A stretch of 55,595 bases of DNA, taken from NCBI RefSeq assembly GCF_001194135.2, contig NC_068985.1, positions 6,384,893-6,440,487 on the forward strand. Reading direction: 5' to 3'. The first letter of the stretch is position 1. Every line of letters begins with the position of its first letter. The notes under the pieces are model-generated. The model was given only the letters and a program-made list of their open reading frames with translations. It had not been told where the DNA came from and ran no database searches. Of the stretch, positions 50,641 through 55,595 are shown one piece after another. This stretch comes from Octopus bimaculoides. Lineage: Eukaryota. The position numbers and the translations under genes are program-made.

Positions 50641-51604
50641 CTCAAAATAGAAACTTTTAACCTCAATAACGCACTTCTTTCTGGCCGTTCAGTTGAGTTC
50701 GATGAAGAGCGATTAAACCAACTTTTGCACGAAAATTCTCGTCAAATGACAAAGAAACTGGCAGAGAAAATGGAATGCTCCCTCACCGCTATAGAGAAGC
50801 ATCTTCACTCGATGGGAAAGTTTCAGAATTATAGAGCATGGGTTCCGCATGCTTTAAGTGACAACAAAAATCAACGAGCCACAATCTCCGCCGGTTTGCT
50901 TGCTCGTCACCGCTCATCTCATGGACACAAGCAACGATTTCTTCACCGAATTGTTACTGGCGACGAAAACTGGTGCCTGTACATCAATATGAAGCAGCGT
51001 AAATAATGGCGTATCCCGGTAAACAAGCGACACCGTGCGTGAAATAAGATCTTCATCCGCGTAAAACGATGTTGTGCATATGGTGGGACTGGAAAGGGAT
51101 TATCCATTATGAATTGCTTGAACAGAACCAAACGGTCAACGCGGAAATCTATGTTGAACAGATGGAACGACTCAACACGACTATTCAAGAGAAAAGACCC
51201 ATTCGTCAGCATGGAGTTCTTCTGCTGCACGACAACGCCCGCCCTCATATCGCCAATATGACCATGGAAGCCATTCAAACGCATGGCTTGGAAGTGCTGC
51301 CACACCCGCCGTACTCTCCTGATTTGGCACCAAAGGATTTCCTCCTCTTTCGATGTCTTTCAAATGCTGTGCGCGGAGTTTCGTTCAATTCTGATGCAGA
51401 ATTAAGACCTGGATTGGATCAATTTTTCGAGTCGAAATCGAGTGATTTCTGCCAACGGGGTATTGAAAATCTTGTTGAACGTTAGGAAGAAGTTGTAAAC
51501 AATAGGGGTGAATACATTAGTGTTTAATTAGTTATTTTTATTAAACCTTTAAAAAATTTAAATTTAATTAAAAAGAACGTGGAGCCTTAGTTCCCAACCT
51601 AATA
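50640..51604 (+). mobile_element. Mariner DD34D transposon, 5'-truncated, with 3' TIR
   Basis: AWVPHALS, IVTGDENWCLY, MLCIWWDWKG, HDNARPH-34 aa-D (YSPDLAPKD); few lesions; TIR ...TTAGTTCCCAACCTAATA-TA. Confidence 0.95.
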
Positions 51605-52726
51605 TATACATATATAGGGAAATGTGTTGTTGAATATGCACCTAAATTCCCAAAACACGTAATTGTTTAAAATACATTTATTTACATATATACCAAACTA
51701 GTTTCAACAATGCTTTTGTTTACCAATGGTAAAAGTTTAAAATTATGAATTAGAAAAAGGAATATCTCTAAAATTTTCAACGTTGACAAATTAAAATGTT
51801 TCGATGTTGATAAATTAACATGTTCAAAACAGATAAATTTTGCATTACGAATTAGGAGGACAGGTGCAAGTTTGAATGTTCATAGCAGTCAATAATATTG
51901 AAACTGTATATCAATTTGTTTGAATGTACAATGTTCCTTAATGTTATTTGTGATCGACAAGTCATACTGAGTTAAGAGGGAAAAAAGAAGGCAGGAATGG
52001 AAATAGTAAAAAAAAGGAATTTGGTTTACAGTTTTTCTGATCCACTTTCCGTAGACGCTTTTGCTTGTAGTGGTATGTTTTGGGATCAGATGTATTTATA
52101 ATTTTTTCCGCGAGCGAATCCGGATTTTGATTCAATAAAATACTGGTGACGTTTTTTGGGGATCAAGCTTGTCGTTCTGCTTCGTTGACTTCCCTGTGGA
52201 GACGGTCATCTGTCGTTCCGGTTGGTTGGTTCTCATAAAGGGTCAGTTCGTTGTATTTGCTGAAGTCCTGTTTTGATTGGTCTGGAGTTAGGTAACGTAA
52301 GCAACTGATATTTGTAAAATTTCGCTTGATTAGAGTTAGGTGACGTTGGAAACTGATTTGGAATTGTTGTTTGGGAACCCCGGTTTTTTTTGTGGAGAAA
52401 TTTTACTGCTTTTTCTTCTTTCTAAAGGATATTAAGCTGCAGTTTATATTTTTAATCAGAATGTTTGCCTTATTTAAACGGAATTGAGTTGAAGTGTTTC
52501 AAAATTACCATACAGACATTAGTTGCCAGTTTTCCCGATGGCAAGTGGGCCCCTGCACCAATAGAATCCACTTATAGGGGCCCATGTTAGTATTTAAGGG
52601 GCCCATCCCCTCAAGTTTGAAAGATTTCTTTCTCTCGTGGAAGAATGCATTAATTATTTCAGCCTGATTGTGTTTGTAGACAACTGAAAATAATACTTTA
52701 GTCTCCTGGCAACCAATATTTTAGAC

Positions 52727-52740
52727 CCAGTCCGCCACTG
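52727..52740 (-). mobile_element. Single hAT-like terminal inverted repeat
   Basis: CCAGTCCGCCACTG is the rc of CAGTGGCGGACTGG; the partner end was not found. Confidence 0.4.
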
Positions 52741-52777
52741 TATGTATGTATGTACGTATGTATGTATGTATGTATGT

Positions 52778-54392
52778 TATCAATGAGTTTCATTTCTGTA
52801 TTTCTTGTCCATAGAGAAAGAGCCGGACTCTAACATAGATTCAGGGATCCTTCATTGGAACTTTTATCAACATCATCTAGGTATTTGTGCATATGTGTGT
52901 GTGTGCAGTATTTGGTGTTAGTGTATGCGCAGATTTGTATGTTTGTATTATGGATGCGTTTTTATGTCTAGATGCATGCATATGTATTTATGTGCTAAAT
53001 TTTTGGAAAGTTTTACATATCTTTACAGTTCCATTGATGGCTTGAATCTGTAGTCTTCTAATCAGCCTTTTTCGTTCAGCTTTTGAGAACCCTAGTTTTT
53101 CCAGGTTTTTGTTGAGGCAATTCGTTACATATCCCANNNNNNNNNNNNNNNNNNNNNNNNNNNNNNNNNNNNNNNNNNNNNNNNNNNNNNNNNNNNNNNN
53201 NNNNNNNNNNNNNNNNNNNNNNNNNNNNNNNNNNNNNNNNNNNNNNNNNNNNNNNNNNNNNNNNNNNNNNNNNNNNNNNNNNNNNNNNNNNNNNNNNNNN
53301 NNNNNNNNNNNNNNNNNNNNNNNNNNNNNNNNNNNNNNNNNNNNNNNNNNNNNNNNNNNNNNNNNNNNNNNNNNNNNNNNNNNNNNNNNNNNNNNNNNNN
53401 NNNNNNNNNNNNNNNNNNNNNNNNNNNNNNNNNNNNNNNNNNNNNNNNNNNNNNNNNNNNNNNNNNNNNNNNNNNNNNNNNNNNNNNNNNNNNNNNNNNN
53501 NNNNNNNNNNNNNNNNNNNNNNNNNNNNNNNNNNNNNNNNNNNNNNNNNNNNNNNNNNNNNNNNNNNNNNNNNNNNNNNNNNNNNNNNNNNNNNNNNNNN
53601 NNNNNNNNNNNNNNNNGATGACATTTTTGGACAGCTGCTAATGATGTGGGTGATATCTTCGATACTGATTCCACAGAGTCTGCATCGATTATTACATTGT
53701 GGCGTTTTGCCCGCCTCTCTGTCCCGTTTGTTTATTAGGAATTTGGTTGCTATTTCTTGTTCTTGAATAGCAAAGACATACCCTTCAAAGTGAGAGTTGG
53801 TGACCCGATTGTTTGTCCACGATAGACTGCTCTGGTTGTCAATGTTGTTATCACCCTGGAGCTTTCTGTTAACGTATCCATGCATGGTCTTCTGCTGGAA
53901 TGCATTCATCCTCTCCTCTGATGTTATGTTACGGTAGAGTCTTGCAATTTCTTTGGGTAAGAGTTCAGGGTTGTCGAATAGGGAATGCTTGTCAAGTAGT
54001 TGCCTTCCCAACCTCATGATGGTATTTACCTCAGGCCTGCAGACTTCATCAAGGGGTGCACTTCGACACTTGGTGGTTATGAGATGATGTCGAATAAATA
54101 TGACACGGCATTCAAAGGCAGTCTGAATTTATGTTAGGCCCCTCCCTCCTTTATTTCGTTTTAGGTATAGGCGGTCTACATCGCTATTGATGTGAAAGTT
54201 GTTCGTGCTCGTTAGTATTTTTCGGGTCTTCACATCAAGGGCTCGGATTTCATCGATCGTCCAGTCAAGTATCCCGAATGTCGGTATGAGTACTGGTACT
54301 GCAAACACATTGTGGGCTATTGCTTTATTGAACGCAGAGAGTTCCGAGGTCCACATTTTCCTAACCCGATTTCTGTATTCCTTAGTAACATG
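52778..54392 (-). mobile_element. R4/Dong-like LINE (second subfamily), 5'-truncated, nearly open frame, interrupted by a 481 nt gap
   Basis: KEYRNRVRKMWTSELSAFNKAIAHNVFAVP...SDVDRLYLKRNKGGRGLT*IQTAFEC...KTMHGYV...FAIQEQEIAT...CRLCGISIEDITHIISSCP...GTVKICKTFQKFST*; one visible in-frame stop (54129-54131); (CATA)n on both sides. Confidence 0.92.
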
Positions 54393-54407
54393 TATGTTAC
54401 TAAGGAA

Positions 54408-54465
<58 letters not shown>

Positions 54466-54470
54466 TGTAT
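54374..54470. repeat. Two adjacent palindromes at the LINE 5' junction
   Basis: 18 bp arms TGTATTCCTTAGTAACAT-GT-ATGTTACTAAGGAATACA (54374-54411); then (ATAC)n switching to (ATGT)n around CATATG (54407-54470). Confidence 0.95.
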
Positions 54471-55562
54471 ACATGTACTCATTTGGACGGTCAGATGTTA
54501 AACAGCGCTGAGAAATGAAACAGATAGCTGTTTTTTTTCTCTCATTCTCTCACTGCTGAAAATTAATGTTGAGATCAACGATATTGTTTTATGCTTCAAG
54601 CTGTCGCTCTATACACACTTCTTTTCACTATATGCAACTCTTCAGATAATCCATACATTATTAGACAAATACAAATGCAGCGTCCACATACCTTATTGTC
54701 GACTGTTATTCTAATTACAGTTCTATAGCTCAAGCATCCGTTGCATGTATCCATTATATTGATTCGCCTGCAAAATTTCAATTCATTCTTTTATTCCATC
54801 ATTAGAGTTCTGCTTTTAACGATTTGATTGTAGTCATATCGAAGCGCATCCAGAGGAAGTTCAGTTGAACATATCGACAACGTTACATGTTTTATCGATA
54901 TCTATTTTCCGAAGAGCTACTTCATAAAACGATATCTCTAATCTTATAATAATACAGAAGCTTCCCATTCTCTCGAAGCACTATTTTTATCTATTTCTTG
55001 TTATATTGATTGACAATATCAGCGTACTGCTGATTCCGGCTCAGGAATATCAATGCATTGACGAACTGGTATTATGTAGAATATTTTGATACTAACTCTA
55101 AAATAGAAATTTCTAACTATCTGAAATTTACTTTTATATAAATATACGTGTGCGCAATTATAGACGTTAGAAGTCGCATGTGTCGTAGAACAGAAATTGG
55201 CTTGAGTACCTGTATACTTATATGCAAGAACACATATGCATACACAGACACAAACAGAGTAGCAGGAATATATGTATACATATAGATTCACACACACACG
55301 CACGCATTACATTTTCACTACACTATTTCAACCACAGAAGGGATTATATGTCTAATTTCATTCGCAGTCATACAAACATACGTAAATACATTTACACATT
55401 CATAGGAACACTAACAGACATATACACACCTCACCTAAGCATGTGTGTACATACTTCTAAACCCCAAAAATATAACATACAGAGGTGTATTCATAAATGT
55501 GTATATACAAACGTTTATGCATGTATATACGAACATATATATACATATATGCCTACACATAC

Positions 55563-55595
<33 letters not shown>

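Overview
AT-rich, repeat-saturated eukaryotic DNA from a draft assembly with eight N-gaps. The SINE families, dense (CA)n/(TA)n/(GA)n/(GATA)n microsatellites and TE mix point to a coleoid cephalopod, most likely Octopus (inferred from repeat content, not verified). I find no intact host protein-coding gene; most ORFs in the supplied track are microsatellite or gap artefacts. The window is mostly a transposon graveyard. It holds three or more tRNA-derived SINE families and non-LTR fossils (two R4/Dong-like subfamilies, CR1, RTE/RTE-X, Penelope-like). It also holds DNA transposon fossils (DD34D mariners, a DD37D maT-like element, piggyBac) and Helitron/DINE-1-like pieces. The best non-TE candidate is at 30157-30679: a compact single-exon gene remnant with a TATA box, Kozak context, signal peptide, Cys-rich domain with TIMP/NTR-like motifs and a poly(A) signal, disabled by about three point lesions. 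Other highlights are two SINEs inserted back-to-back at one palindromic AATATT with overlapping target-site duplications, a nearly open R4-like LINE flanked by (CATA)n with a fold-back 5' junction, several long inverted repeats, and an old unexplained ~400 bp direct repeat. All alignments were done by eye and no database searches were run.
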